DNA of 64,000 bases from positions 24,862,001-24,926,000 of the forward strand of contig JBHGNT010000004.1 in the NCBI GenBank assembly GCA_043228905.1, read 5' to 3'. Of the stretch, positions 13,101 to 28,100 are shown piece after piece. Origin of the DNA: Azolla caroliniana. Lineage: Eukaryota > Plantae > Polypodiophyta. Position 1 is the first letter of the stretch. Each line of letters opens with the position of its first letter. The translations under genes were made by a program, and so were the position numbers. The notes under the pieces are model-generated. The model ran no database searches. It was not told where the DNA came from and saw nothing but the letters and a program-made list of their open reading frames with translations.

Positions 13101-16100
13101 CACATTATCGCTCATAATTTTGTTAGTTTAGTAAACAGTCAAAAGGAAAATTCACACCATACAAATCAATTTTCTGATAAATGAGTAATTGACCATGCAT
13201 AAAATGATCAGACAACAAAGCATGCATGATATGGAGGTATCCATACTTCGAACAAATAATGTATGTGGATGCAAAACAATGAAATGACCACTTACCAAAC
13301 TATCAATTTGCCCAATAATGCATGCATAATGTAAAGCAAGGCCAAGTGAACCCAGCCGTTCAGAATCATCCATCTTTCCTGGGCCTCTTTTTCTGAGAGA
13401 CGTGTTCCCTGAAAAAATAGAGAAAAACCAATAACCAAATAGCGACCAGCAATTATTGACCAATAAGACATTGATAGAATTCCCCTAAGATAAAGTGTGG
13501 AAAAGGATAGGATTGCATATTAGATGTGGATGCTAATGAATAACCACCCAGTATGTTACAAACCATTTCAGTTTTGGTCTTTCTCTTGACTTCCCACCTT
13601 AATTTACTCTCCGAAATAGTTGTTTCACATCTCACATCATCAAACCTTGAAATCATGAGACAAATTTCCCCATCATGTAGGAATCCACGCATGCATTACC
13701 CAATCCTTATATGTGCCCTCTTTTTGGCATGCATTATAATGCTGCACCATGTTTCTTGTTATAACCCTTCTCTCATTCAACCATTTGGCACACGTGTAAA
13801 ACACCGCATTGGAATATCACATGATTGTGGGTTTATATCCTGTGAGGGTGAGGAGACTTACTCCTCATTCCACTGACCTTTTCATATTGAATCACCCCAT
13901 GAGGAAAGAATAAATCCATATTGAACAAGATCTCCATGTAACGTATGGAAAATTATCCAGATTTAATACCTCCATCTCCAAATGCATGCTCGATTTCCAA
14001 ATGCAGAAGATATACTGCATCCACCATCTTCTCCATGACCTAGCAAAATCCAAAGGATAAAGAACAACAGAGAAAATGCATAGATTGATAAGAGTAATAT
14101 TAGATAACCACCAAAATCTGTCCCAACCATATCTATTTCGGTGAAGAGCAATAGGTTCATTTTCATAGAAATACAATTGAGTGGAACATGAAACATAAAA
14201 CTAGAAGGTTAAATGTTCCATATTACCATCATCGAGCACATTAAATGCTTAGATCCATCACAAATTGCATTAGAATATATCAAATTAAACAGACACTAAA
14301 CTTAAGAATAATACCTCCTCCAATGTCTTTGACCACAATGACTTCCTCTTCAAGCTCTTCACATTTTTTGCCCGGCTTTTAAGTTCAACTCGCAAGGCAG
14401 AAAGACTGTCCCCTGTGAATAGGTGAACATCACATTATGTCCCTTACAATTCATAAAAGAAAATGCACATTTAATGGTAGAAAACAATACTGACATAACA
14501 GTGAACATGCTGAGAATAGAAAGGTTATTCCTATCTTCTCTTTATTGGGTTTTATCCCATAAATCAATTAGAAATGTGCTTTTTCTACATGGTTCGAAAG
14601 CCTCTTTGCTTTGCTTTCTTCAGCATTTTCTGGTTCCCTTGCAGAAGCATAGTGCATGTGTGAGAGTAAGAGTGAGCAAGGGAAGGAATCAGAGAAAAAT
14701 AACCATAAGTAATAAACTACACTGAAGAAAGAAAGAAAGATATATTAATGTCTTTTAAGAGGCCGAAATGGCCTATAAGACCAAACAAGAGATTACATCT
14801 TAAGTGTTGTCTCATCTTTGAGAACAAATCAAAATAAACTAGATATTACACAGTAGATATAAAAGTAAATAAGATGAAAAGAAAAGAAATAAGGGAATCT
14901 GGTTTTTGGCACATGTGATATTCTCAAGTTAGATATATTGTAGCTTTTGTCTTCGAAAGATCTCTAGCATAGGTCGATCCAAAATGGAAATGTCTCCGAA
15001 GCGAGGGAAGCACTTACGATGGCGGGAGAAAGAACGAAAGATATATTAACATCTTTGAAGAGGCCGAAATGGCCTATAAGACCAAACAAGAAATTACATC
15101 TTAAGTGTTGTTTCGTCTTTGAGAAAAGTAAAAGATCATCAACTAAACACAATGGCCCAAGGGGTTTTATATACAAGTCCTCAAGCGACTGCCACATTAA
15201 ATGTGGTTGGTGGAATCTACAATCCACTCGAATACAAATTTGTCATAAGAATATCTCATATTCTTTGACCACATTTACACTTGACAGCTAATCTAGACAT
15301 CACAATCTAGTTCATGTAACTAGATAGTTCACACGGATTACAATAAAGTGTGCTCACACATTTTTTCACACATTGTGCTTTTCTTCATAAGCACATGTTC
15401 ACACGAGTTGAGCTTGATTCTCAACATGCCCCCATCAAGGTCAATTGTGTGTCCTCTTAAGCTTGGTTGTCACGTTGTGGTTAAAGACTCGGTCGAAGTT
15501 GCACGAACTGTTGGACCATGGTTTCACATTGCACCTATGTACTTGATCTCCATCAGGCAAGGTCAATCTTGTGGATCCAAAGAATGTTGACAAAAATTCA
15601 GAGTTGTCAAGTATGTGCTGATCTTACCCCATCTCCCATGTCCTTTGACTTCCCAAGTTGTCAAGGTGCCAGTTCACGTTCAGGTATACCTCTGACTTCA
15701 GAATTTCGGGCTTTGAGAAATCTTCCTCCAACTTGTTGGGTCAAGTCAAATTAGATGTGCCGGGCTTACTTTGTCGATGCCAGTCTCACTCTTCCTCTTC
15801 TACGATGCTAATTGGCAAACCCTTGGAAGGTCTTGACACAAATTCATAGAGTACATAGGTTCCCCATTGCATATCTGTAGGAACATCAAGGGCTTCTAGC
15901 CGTTGCATAGCCAAGCACGTGGCACAATGTGAAAGGCTTTTTGGAAATCCACAAAGCAGCAATAAATCCTCTTATTATTGGCTCTGCCCTCCTCAATAAG
16001 GCCCCGGAGGGTGAGTATGTGATCCAAAGTTGTGAACCCCTTCCGAAAGCCTGCCTGTCCAACTGAACGGCAGCCATTCCGCTCTACCCATATGCTCAAT

Positions 16101-19100
16101 TCTAATTCTAGAATCGAGCCATATAATTTAGCCAAGTAATGGCCAATCATGATTGTCCTATAGTTGCTTGGCATCATGGGATCTTCACTCTTGAGGATTG
16201 GCACAATGGTATGCTGAGTCCATCTAGTAGGGAAACCTTCATACATGGCTCTATTAAAGATGCGTTCTAGCAATGGGAGCAAGATATCACAGGCATAGGT
16301 AAAGTGCTCACCAACCAATCCGCCATGATCATAGGCCTTCCCAAATTGTAACCGATCAATGGCATTTCTTACATTTTGTGGAGTAAAAAGGACAAAATCA
16401 TGTGGGCATGAGCCATATGGGTGGGGAAGAAAGGTTGCCTTGGGATATCATATAGGACCTTTGCATATTCATGCCACACTTGAAGTGAGGTCAGTTGTGT
16501 GGTAGGTTGCCTCTCATTAAACATTTTCCATGCTCTTTTACTTTCCTATCCTAGAAACAAGCGATACAAATGATCTTTGGGATCCTATTCCTTCTAGTTG
16601 AGCTCATTTTTCTTGAAGAAGTGGAAAGAGAGGTTGTCCGCCCATTGTCGGAGCAAATTTAGCTAAATACAATCTCTTCTTCTTCCTTACGAGGCGTTGG
16701 AAGGTTGCTCTTGCTTATTTGTGTGTATAAATGTCTGGAGTTACTTCATGCTGCAAGCAACTCCTTGTATCACGACATTCCTCATCATACCAACTCTTTT
16801 GTATTACTCTACCTAGGCATTTGTGGCTGCTTTATGCAATGATTTTGACAAACCTTGGGTAACTTCATCTAGGTGTCCGAAAGTATCCAAAATCTAGCAT
16901 GCCGTTGTATACTCCACAACTATACACATCAATTGTCTCACTAGTAAGATGATACTTAGCCAGCCCACTCTCCTTAGCATATACATCCCTTGTGCATCCC
17001 TCCTTCACCTCAAGAGCGTAGATATGCATGATCTGCTGCCAAGCCAATAGGTCTACCAGATATAGTGAACTCTCCTATTCCAGGTATAAGAAAGAAAGAA
17101 AGAAATATTAACGTCTTTTAAGAGGCCAAAATGGCCTATAAGACCAAACAAGAGATTACAGCTTAAGTGTTGTCTCGTCTTTGAGAACAACAAATCAATA
17201 ATACTCCGTAAATATAAAAGTATATAAGATAAAAAGAGACGAGGGAATCTGGTTTTCGGCACATGTGAGATTCTCAGGTTAGATATATTGTAGCTTTTGT
17301 CTTCGAAAGATCTCTAGCATAGGTCAATCCAGAATGGAAATGTCTCCAAAGCGAGGGAAGCACCTGCGATGGCGAGAGATAATGACTTTTATTGGTCGAT
17401 GACAAGGGTGTCGAGGTCGTGGTTCATGGGGCAAGGACCTACGTGCACGGAAAATTGCTATTATTCGATCAATTGTAACCCCTTTGTTATGTCCTAGTCG
17501 GGAGCCCATTTGTGTATCCCGTGATTGACTTGTAGCATTAGTAGGAATGATGGGGCTAAAGAAAGTTGTGATTGTTCTTTGTGGATAAGCTTGTGTGGTT
17601 GTATTCTTCAACAACTTTTCCCAAATCTCTTGAGCTCTAGCAAGAAAAGTTCTAGGCACCGTTGGTCCTCATATTCCATTACCTTGTGTAGTGGGACAAA
17701 GCCTTGTTTAAAGAGGCAATGGTATCTCCCTCTGAATTCATAAAAGACACTACAGTGACAAACATAGTGTTCTTCGGATTCCACTCCTTGATGACACAAT
17801 TGGCAAATTCTCTCTTCTAGAGGTAGTCGTGTATATCTGCCTACCTCAATCTGTAACTGATGTGATGAAGTTTGCCGATGCCCTATCATACTACGCAACA
17901 CATAGGATAGATGTATCTCCATATAAGGTGGCCTGATGATGAATCCATCCTTTGATGTGTGTAAGAAGTGTGTCTTATAGTGGGCCATCTTCGTACCAAG
18001 TGGCATTTTGGGGCTGATCCATGTTATCTTGTTTTCCAAGTAATAATATCAGTTCGAACCACTCTATTCTTTTCCACGTTGGTCATATTTAGATGGGGAC
18101 AGTCCAAGCTATATTGGAACGGGGATAGTGCATTTAGACTCATGCCATGTGACTCGAACCATTGCTGCATTTCAGCATACCAACAATGAATGTCTCCATT
18201 TTCAGCCAATTGTCTTGATGACATAAGTGCCAACCTTGGGTACCTTCGTTTAGGGAGCTCCCAAAGACGTTGGATAAATGTCACAGATCGGAACAATGCC
18301 TTAGTGATTATAGGTGTTGCTCCCATCTCTGCCCGGATTATATCGTGGGGCACCAATGCTTTGCCCGGATTATATCATTGACACTAAAGGCCTCTCTAAA
18401 TCTTTCCAATAATTTGCCTTGTTAAGACTCAGTCCCCATGTTTCTACTCCATAGAGAATAGTTGGTGTGACAAGTGTATCAAATAACCACAACTTAGTTC
18501 GTGGCTCTTGGAATTGCAAATTTGCACATTGTCTCTCGAGAACACCAAGGGCTGCATATCCAGGAGAAAGTCGAGCACAAGCAGCCTCCTGTAAGGAGAA
18601 CCTAGGCCCTGTCAATGTTATTCCTAGGTATGTGTAGGAGCGTGTGTATTCCACCTTTTCCTCTCCCAAGAAGGATTCCAATTGTAATCTTGTTACCCAT
18701 GCTTGAGTGGTGTTAAACACCATCACTTTAGTTTTATCCATGTTGATTGACAAACCTTTGTCCGTACAAAATAGTTTTAGGGCATTTAGATGTCTTTGTA
18801 GTCCCTCCGGAGAGTTAGAAATCAGCACAATATCATCAACATATAGTAATATTTGTATAGCTATACCTGCTAGGCATGCTCCCAAACCCCCGAATCTCTC
18901 TATGTAATGTGATACCTCATCAATATAGAGACCGAAGAGAGTGGGTGATAGTGGGCATCCTTGCTTCACTCTGATTGTGCTACCCAACGCCTCTGACAAA
19001 CCCTTGGAAGACCGCACTTTTCCTGACACGGATTCATAGAGTGCATAGATTCCTCATTGCATATCTATAGAAACACCAAGGGATTCTAGCCGCTGCATAA

Positions 19101-22100
19101 GCCGAGCACGTGGCAGTGTCAAAGGCTTTTCGGAAATCCACAAAGCAGCAATAAATCCTCTTATTATGGGCTCTACCCTCCTCAATAAGGGCCCGGAGGG
19201 TGAATATGTGATCCAAAGTTGTGAACCCCTTACGAATGCCTGCCTGTCCAATTGAACGGCAGCCATTCTGCTTTGCCCATATACTCAATTCTGATTCTAG
19301 AATCGAGCCATATAGTTTAGCCAAATAATGGCCAATCATGATTGTCCTATAGTTTCTTGGCATCATGGGCTCTCCACTCTTCAGGATTGGCACAATGGTA
19401 TGCTGAGTCCATCTAGTACAGAAACCTTCACACATGGCAATGGGAGCAAGGTGTCACAGGCATAGATAAAGTGCTCACCCACCAATCCATCATGATCTTG
19501 GGCCTTCCCAAATTGTAGCTGAGCAATGGCATTTCTTACATTTTGTGGAGTAAAAAAGGTTGATTCATGTGGGCATGAGCCATGTGGGTGGGGAAGAGGA
19601 GGTTTCCCCGGGATATCATATAGAACCTTTGCATATTCATGCCACACCTGAGGTGAGGTCAGTTGTGTGGTAGGTTGCCTCTCATTAAACATTTTCCATG
19701 CTCTTTTACTTTCTTGTCCTAGAAACAAGCAATACAAATGATCTTCCAATTTAGCCAAATACAAACTCTTCTTCTTCCTTACGAGGCATTGGAAGGTTGA
19801 TCTTGCTTGTTTGTGTGTATAAATGCCCCGAGTTACATCACGCTGCAAGCATCTCCTTGTATCACGACATTCCTCATCATATCAACTATTTTGTATTACT
19901 CTACCAAGTTTGGGGGGATTGGCCGTTGTGTGAGGAAAGGTATTTGTGGCTACTTTATGCAAGAGATGGAGAATCCATTAGGTAATTGACTGTGCTTGCA
20001 CCTCCTTTCGGGTTCCAACATGTCAAAGCATCTTATCCGGGCCATTGTGACAATCCATTATATATCACAGATCCATGCACACTGTTCAAAGCTAGAAAGT
20101 GTTTGTCATATTTAGTTGTAGCACTCATTTCTTGAGCTTGTCGCTTTAGACCAACCTCTTCAGCCGTAACTTCTCGATAAACAGCCTTGTTGGTGTCAAA
20201 CATAGCTGTTTGTTCATCCTTAGTTCGTGCATTGAAGTCTCTTCATAGTATTATGTCCCCCATAGTAGCAAATCTTATGATATCATCATATGATAGATAT
20301 GGTGATTCACCAAGAGGTGCAAACCTTGACTAGGCAGGCAAAAAGTAGCAAATTGCAATATATAGTTCCCTAAGCTCCCCTTTTTTATTCGTATCCACAT
20401 GTAACATGCATCTACGTCCTTATGCACAACATGCACTCTATCATGGAGCTCCTTTTCGTATAACACAGCCACTTCTCCTGAACCACTAGTGCTTACCGGT
20501 GTCCAAGGTTGGGGACATATAATAAAAAAATGAAAAAGCATATTTGTTCAATAATATACATTGGTATGTCACAACAAGAGGGAGAAAATACAAAGATCGC
20601 TCATATTTACATGAGGAGAAAGTTCCTCTTTATAAACACCAAGATCTGACCGTTGGGCTAACTAGCTGTTGGAGCTGACTAGCCGTTATTAAAAGTATAA
20701 ACGCCAAGATCTGACCGTTGGGCTAACTAGCCGTTATAACTTTTAATCATTCTCAACACTCCCCCTCAAGATGGGCGAAAAATATCCACTAAGCCCATCT
20801 TGTCACACAATCTAGTAAGACTTACTGGCCCAAGTTCCTTTGTAAGACAATCTGGTACTTGATGTTCAGTAGAAACATGACTCAGTTTTAATATTCCATT
20901 ACCAAGCTTCTCCTTGATGAAGAATCTATCGATTTCGATGTGCTTGGTCCTATCATGCTGTACCCGATTGTTGGCAATGCTGATTGCTGACTTATTGTCA
21001 CACCACAGAATCATCTGATTTTCTTGATTCACCTTTAGTTCTACTAGGAGAGTTTTCAGTCATAGCATCTCCGCAACTCCTACATCAATAGCTCTATACT
21101 CTGCTTCGACTGTTGACCTTGCTACTACTGACTGTTTCTTACTCTTCCAAGAGACCAGATTGCACCCACCAAACATGCAGTATCCTGATGTGGATTTCCT
21201 ATCATCAGCACAACTGGCCCAATCAGAATCACAATAGCCCTCAATGTTAAAATGACCATGTTTTCTAAAGATCAATTCCTTCACCGGGGCACTTTTGAGA
21301 TATCTCGGAATATGGTACACTGCATCCATATGATCTTTCCTCAGATCATGCATGTAGCGACTTACCACACTTACTACAAATGAAATATTTGGACAGGTGT
21401 GAGTCAAATAAATCAGCCGACCTACCAATCTTTGATACCTTTCACAATCAACTTTCTCTCCTGCAAGTTCAGTTAGCTTGATCTTTTGGTCGATTGGAGA
21501 AGCTATGGGCCTACAACCCAACATTCCAGTTTCTGTGAGAAGATCTAATACATATTATCGCTGAGATAGAACTCCTTCTACTCCACGAGCTACCTCAATT
21601 CCAAGAAAGTATTGTAACAATCCTAGATCCTTCACCTCAAACTCTTTAACCAATTGCACCTTCTCCTTCATCGTTACCCGTGATAATTATATCATCCACA
21701 TACACAGCATGTAATGTAGTATACTCCTTGTGTTGTCGAAAAAACATTGTATGGCCTACATTTGTCTGTTGGTATCCCATACCCACCATAGCCCTTCTTA
21801 ACTTGTCGAACCAGGCTCGAGGAGATTGCTTTAGTCCATAAAGTGACTTCCTTAAGAGAATCGAAGTCAGGTTCTTTAAACGATACATGGATGATGCTCA
21901 AGGCTTTTCGGATGGAGAAAAGAAAGTCCTTATGCATTTTCTAGACTCCTATGCCCAAGGTGTGAAAGAGAACATCAAGATAACATCCTATGTGCTCAAA
22001 CAGACGTCTTCCTTGACCTCCACATCTTCAAAGACGTGGATTTGGATATATCACATAAGCTCTCTAGCAGATGTCACCAGATAAGCTCTGTATCCTAAAG

Positions 22101-25100
22101 GACGTTAATATATCTTTCTTTTTATAAACAATATATCTGATTTGAGAATCTTTTATGTATAGGTGACGAGATTCTCTCGTCACATCTTAGTCTATTTCTA
22201 TTATCTTTTCTACTTAGTTGCACTTATATTGGTTTGTTGTTCTTAAAGACCAGACAACATTTTAAGATGCAATCTCTTGTTTGGCCTTGTAGGCTATTAT
22301 GGCCTCTTAAAAGATGTTAATATATCTTTTTTTCTTTCGATCTCCTTTCTCTCAGGTATTCATCATCATCTGATAGATGATATAGAATGCAATGTTCATT
22401 CCGATTTCCTTCCACAGAATTCATGTATAGTATCTGGGTGCTTTAGTATAATGTAAGTACTCTAACAAGAATTTCATCAGATATACTCAATCCATGTAAC
22501 CTGGAATCATTACAGAAGTGGGTATCAAAGTAATCAATTCATAGTATGAAACTATCCTTTTGATGATGAGGAAATGAGCTCTATAAAAATCCATCTTCGT
22601 CCCTTTTGTTAGGGTCTAACCATGCCCTTTTAGTATCTAACAGGGGCATGTATGAGTCTGTTTGAGTGGGACATTATGAGAGAGGTTGCATTTGATGATT
22701 ATTAGAAGGATGCTATTTGTGTATAGTATGTAACAAACCTGTGGGATTCACTCCAAATGAGCAACCAATGTGAAGTATCTCCCTCCTAGCAAGCTGTTGT
22801 GAAGACTTGAGGCAACCTTCCTTACGTCTGAAAGGAGCTGCTACGGGAGTGGTGTTGGAAATACATCACTATGAGAGAATACACCACAAGTTGTGTGTCT
22901 ATCATCCCATAACCTCTCTTGGGTCTCTATAAGATGGCCTCAATATATTTTGCTAAACAATATTCCATAGCTGCAACTCTTATGAACATTTCCTGTTGCA
23001 GGGACCAATTTTTTTCCGCTTCTGGAATGAATGACATTATGTCAGCTTCAGCAATGATTGTATTTTCATCAATACCAATAGCTATGCATCTGGACGAAAT
23101 AAAAATACTATTACAGGTATGACATTCTTTGTTAAATTCAGCTTTACTATAGAGTAGTTCACTTGCATTCCTTCCCCCTCAAAAGGTATGACAAGTCAAA
23201 AGGTTGCACTCGGTTGTGTGAACTCAGAATATGGAGTGTGGGCTGTTTCCAATAAAAATTATAGAATATTTTTTAATTTGAAGATTGGTACATAGTACCT
23301 GGCAAAGTGCAGCATGTGGCTCTAGTTTATGTTTAATGCTCTGCTAAGTATTCTTTGCTTTATCTCAATTCTCAGAATCTGGGGCTATTCTGGGAATAGC
23401 ATGCCATATTCTGAAGGCGGGGTAATTATTATCTCTCAGGACAATAAATATCAGATGGAACCAATTCTGGAATAATAATCACGTGATATGTAATTATAAA
23501 TTCATAATAGAATTCCAAGTTTTCTCTTTGCAAGATTTATCACTTTGTTTGATAGATTTATTGGTTTGGGTCTACCACCTGAACTACATGTTATTGTTCT
23601 AGTTTGTACATAAATACTGCACCCAAGTTCTATAAATTCGTAATAGAATTCCAAGTTTTCTTTTTGCAAGATTTATCACTTTGTTTGATAGATTTATTGG
23701 TTTGGGTCTACCACCTGAACTACATGTTATTGTTCTCGTTTGTACATAAATGCTGCACCCATCCATTCTGGAATAATTTTAGGCTATATAATATTGTGAT
23801 GATTGTGCTAGAATAATTTCATCATAAAATCCTGAGCTGTCTCTTTGCAAGAGTTATAACTTTCTTTGATACATTTATTGGTTTTTGTGTACCACCTAAA
23901 CGCCATGTAGCTCTAGTTTGTATATAAATGCTACATCACCAGAGCCTCTAGTACCCCCTTTATATTGTACAGTGGAGGATAAAGACTCATTCCTATCAGA
24001 TCCTCGGTATCTCTGGTAAATGAATCCCTTCACATTGGTGTGTTTCTATGTATGTAGCAATATCTCTATCCATTGAAAGTTTTTTCCAAGATGCCTGATC
24101 CAAACAGAAAAACAAAAAATGTAAAGCCTTCAAACTTTGGAATCAGTCAGAGGGGCGCAGGCTCAGCAGACCAGAGAGCAGTGACAGGGATCATTTGGAC
24201 AGGGGGATCTGGGAGTAACACTAAGACAGGATTCAGTGGGAGCACTCATGGACTGGAACAGGATTCAGAATTAGCATCCTCACACGTAACTACCTTGTCA
24301 GGGCTTTATCTGTCGTTGTAATATTTGGATCTTTAGTATTCTCCTTAATAGAGCTTGTCTTTATTAGAAAGGTCAAGTTTGGCTGTTTGATTCCTGCAAA
24401 TTCAGGATTGCTGACAAATATCATAGACCACATTACACGCTAATCTTCTGCCATAGGATTTAAGGTTGAATTTGTCCCAGTAGTATGGAGCTTAGGTTAT
24501 GAACTCAGGGTTGCGAATTTGTCTTGACAAACCTTGTTGGTAATTTTGTCAATTCAATCAATAAAGTTGGTCTGGCAGTACCCATAACTTCAATTTAAAT
24601 AGGTTTAGTTGGCCTCCATATCTATATTGAAAAGATTCCGTAAAATCACATCATGATGTTAAACAATGAGTTTTTGGCTCTTATAGACATAAACTATACT
24701 GGTTTCTTTTTTATTAAAAAATTAGTAGCCGAGAAGGGTATAAAAGATAATATTTTTAATCACGGTATTTTGTACTAAGCTATGTTTTCTTTGAAATCAG
24801 ACTTTTCTTTTATAGTATTCTAGTTCTAATTACTTAGACTCTATCAGGATATCGGCATCTATATGATTATATATAATGGTATATAACCAAACGAATAAAA
24901 ATACCATTATATAGTCATTGTTTTACTGCAACTACTACAACTCTGGGTACTGAACCCTACCTCATTTTTCTTTCTTTAATCTAGTTTGGAAACTTGGTTA
25001 TTTGATTCTTGAATCTAGTTTGGAAACTCTGGGATACTTCCTTTAGTCCATAAGGCGACTCATGCGTGCAATCATTGACACTAAAGGTCTCTCTAAATCT

Positions 25101-28100
25101 TTCCAATGATTTGCTTTGTTAAGACTTGGTCCCCATGTTTCTACTCCATAGGGAAGATTTCGTGTGACAAGTGTATCAAATAACCACAGCTTAGTTCATA
25201 GCTCTTGGAACTGCAAATGTGCACATTGGCTTTCAAGAGCACCAAGGACTGCATATCCACAAGAAAGTCGGGCAAAAAACATCCTGTAAGAAGAAACTAG
25301 AGCCTGTAAATGCTACCCCTAGGTATGTGTAGGAGCATGTGTATTCCACCTTTTCCTCTCCCAAGAATTCCGATTCTGATCTTGTTACCTATGCTTGAGT
25401 GTTGTTACACACCATCACTTTAGTTTTATCCATGTGTATTGATCAACCTTTGTCCGTACAAAATAATTTTAAGGCATTTAGATGTCTTTGTAGTTCCTCC
25501 GGAGAGTCAGAAATCAGCACAATATCATCAGCATATAATAATATTTGTATAGCTATACCTGCTAGGCATGCTCCCAAATCCCTGAAAGTCTCTATGTATT
25601 GTGATACCTCATCTATATGGAGACCATAGAGAAATGAAGATATAATGAATTTTCTGAAGTATCGAAGGCAGAGAGATATGGAAACTAAAAACGATTATGG
25701 GTTTTGACACATAGGAGAGGTTAAAGACAGAAAAAGCAGTTCTGCAAAACAAAAGCCCACTCCTTAAAAATATGTACATGGCAGGAATGCACCATATTTA
25801 TGCTATTGAAGATGCATAGAATATGCTCTTACAAGAGGAGCTTCAATGCTGATGGGACAGCTAAGTCATGGCCACATAAATACCTATTTAATGCTGAGTG
25901 GGAATCTTGTCCAAGTATCCCTTTCAGTGTACAGAATATTCTTTTAGGAATTGTAGTACAGTTCTGAAAATGAAACTGTACACCTCTAATAAAAAACAGA
26001 AAATATTAAATTATATAAAAACGTTTTTCTAGTTTAATAGGAGTAACCTAAGGGCCTTTAATCCAACCACTATCACCGTTTTTTCAGTTCGTTTTTCAAC
26101 TTTTCAGTATTGTTTTCTACTGTTTTCTAAGCCGCCTGATGTTGTCATTATACATTTCTTATTTTTATTGAGGGATGACGCCTAAATTTGCAGGCCACAT
26201 CAATCTAGTGACTTCCTATCAGATATTATCAATGGATAATCACCATGTCATTTGGGAAGTTAAGCTGTATTGCTCTGATCCTATCAGGATTCTTGTTCTT
26301 ATTCAGCTAACTATACTTTATCTGAAGCCTTCAGACAGTAAATATACACTAGTATGTTTACCATGTGATTTCATTTGCAGACTGGACACTGTATGATAGT
26401 TTATGAAAACTCAAAGTTTGCCATGTGATTACCAAATGTATGAATAGTTCGTCATCACTGAATATTGTTCTATATATGTACTGTAAAAATATTTTGCGCT
26501 ATACCAATTTTAAAACTTTCACGTCTATGAGTATCAGTTTCCAAGGCCAAGTGATTATCTTCAATGTGCAAGCCTCAAGGATACTACTCTATCCATGTGG
26601 TAGCCAGAATGTTTCATAAAAACAATATTCAATTACCTCTTACCTTTCGAATAGTTGCTATACAAATTCTCATCTTGAAGCTTCCTTCGTATCTCTGCTT
26701 CAAATCTATCCAGTGAATTTAATTCATGATATAATTCCTGTGATTAACAAAAGTATAAGCTTGTACATTTAAGCTCTAATGAAATAAAGAAAGCCATGTG
26801 ATTCACTTTCATGTTACAAGTTCATCCCTACAGATATGTATATCCACGCATGCACATCTCACAAAGACATCAATACATAAATAAACTGCAAGCAGTTCTA
26901 AATTTTCCTCATTATTGTATAAACCTCAGTAGAAGGGGTTCTAGATTTTCAATGAGCCTCACTAAAAGAATCCATAGTGATAAAAAACCTACCGCAGTCT
27001 GTTGGGCCCAAACAACCAATATTTGCAACTCTTCCTCTATTTCTTCTTTGCTTTGATTCTGCACCATCTCCTTGCCTAATCTGGGTAAGCATCAGAAATG
27101 AGAACATATATGAGCATACTCATACCAGCTTCCACAAGGAAAAAGTGACCACCTATCTTAACTATGAACCCTTACCGGTTGAAATAACGATCAAGATTGT
27201 GCCATTGAGGATCTCGGCATTGGTTCCCAAATCGAACTACCTCTTTTGCAAATACTGTTAGTTCTTTCCTACATACATAAAATACTCTGTTTACCATTGA
27301 AAAAGGATATCTATGATCCAGGATGCATAACCATGCATTTCATATCTTCATACAATGTTTTTTGTTTCCCTATATGCAACACTAATAGATCTCATTTCAG
27401 CTGATTTTCATTGAACTATTAACCCCCATGACATACACACACAACCAGAAGTTCTCTCAAATTCAGCTCTGTGTATTACTGGTTCTAGCCATGCATTTCC
27501 AACCTGCTACATTCAGATTTTTAGCATGCTCCAAGCTGATGCCCAATCTGGCTCCTGAAGGCTTTCTGGCATGCCATTATTAAGCTTCTAAGTCAGTGTT
27601 CAGAATAGCTTTTAGGAAAAAACTCAATTTTAGCTTCTAAGTTGGTAGATAGACTGTCTATCATATTTATGATGAGATAAGTAATCTCATTTTAATACAT
27701 TTGTGGAAATTCTTTCTTCTCATAGGTCCTTTTGGCCTTTGAGAGATGATAATATATTTATTTTGGTTTGTTGCTATCCAAAATGTAACATTTTAAGATG
27801 TAATCCCTTGTTTGGTCTGCTATTTTTTGTTCCCAGAGGCTTCACCGATTTCTCCTTTCTCCCAAGTCTCACAGGTATTCAGTCTAATACTACCCAGTCT
27901 ACTCATTTTGTTGTGTTGATGATAGGCAAGTGAGTACGAGGGATATCCATGCTATGCTGGACTGTTGGTAGTGCTAGTATGCCAAGTTCATGCTAACTGA
28001 ACCATGTAGTTACTAGAGAGTACCAAATCCTTCGCACTCCCTAGCCTGCCAAATTGCTATGAGGAATCAAATGTGAAGTCTCATATAACTATCTATCCAT

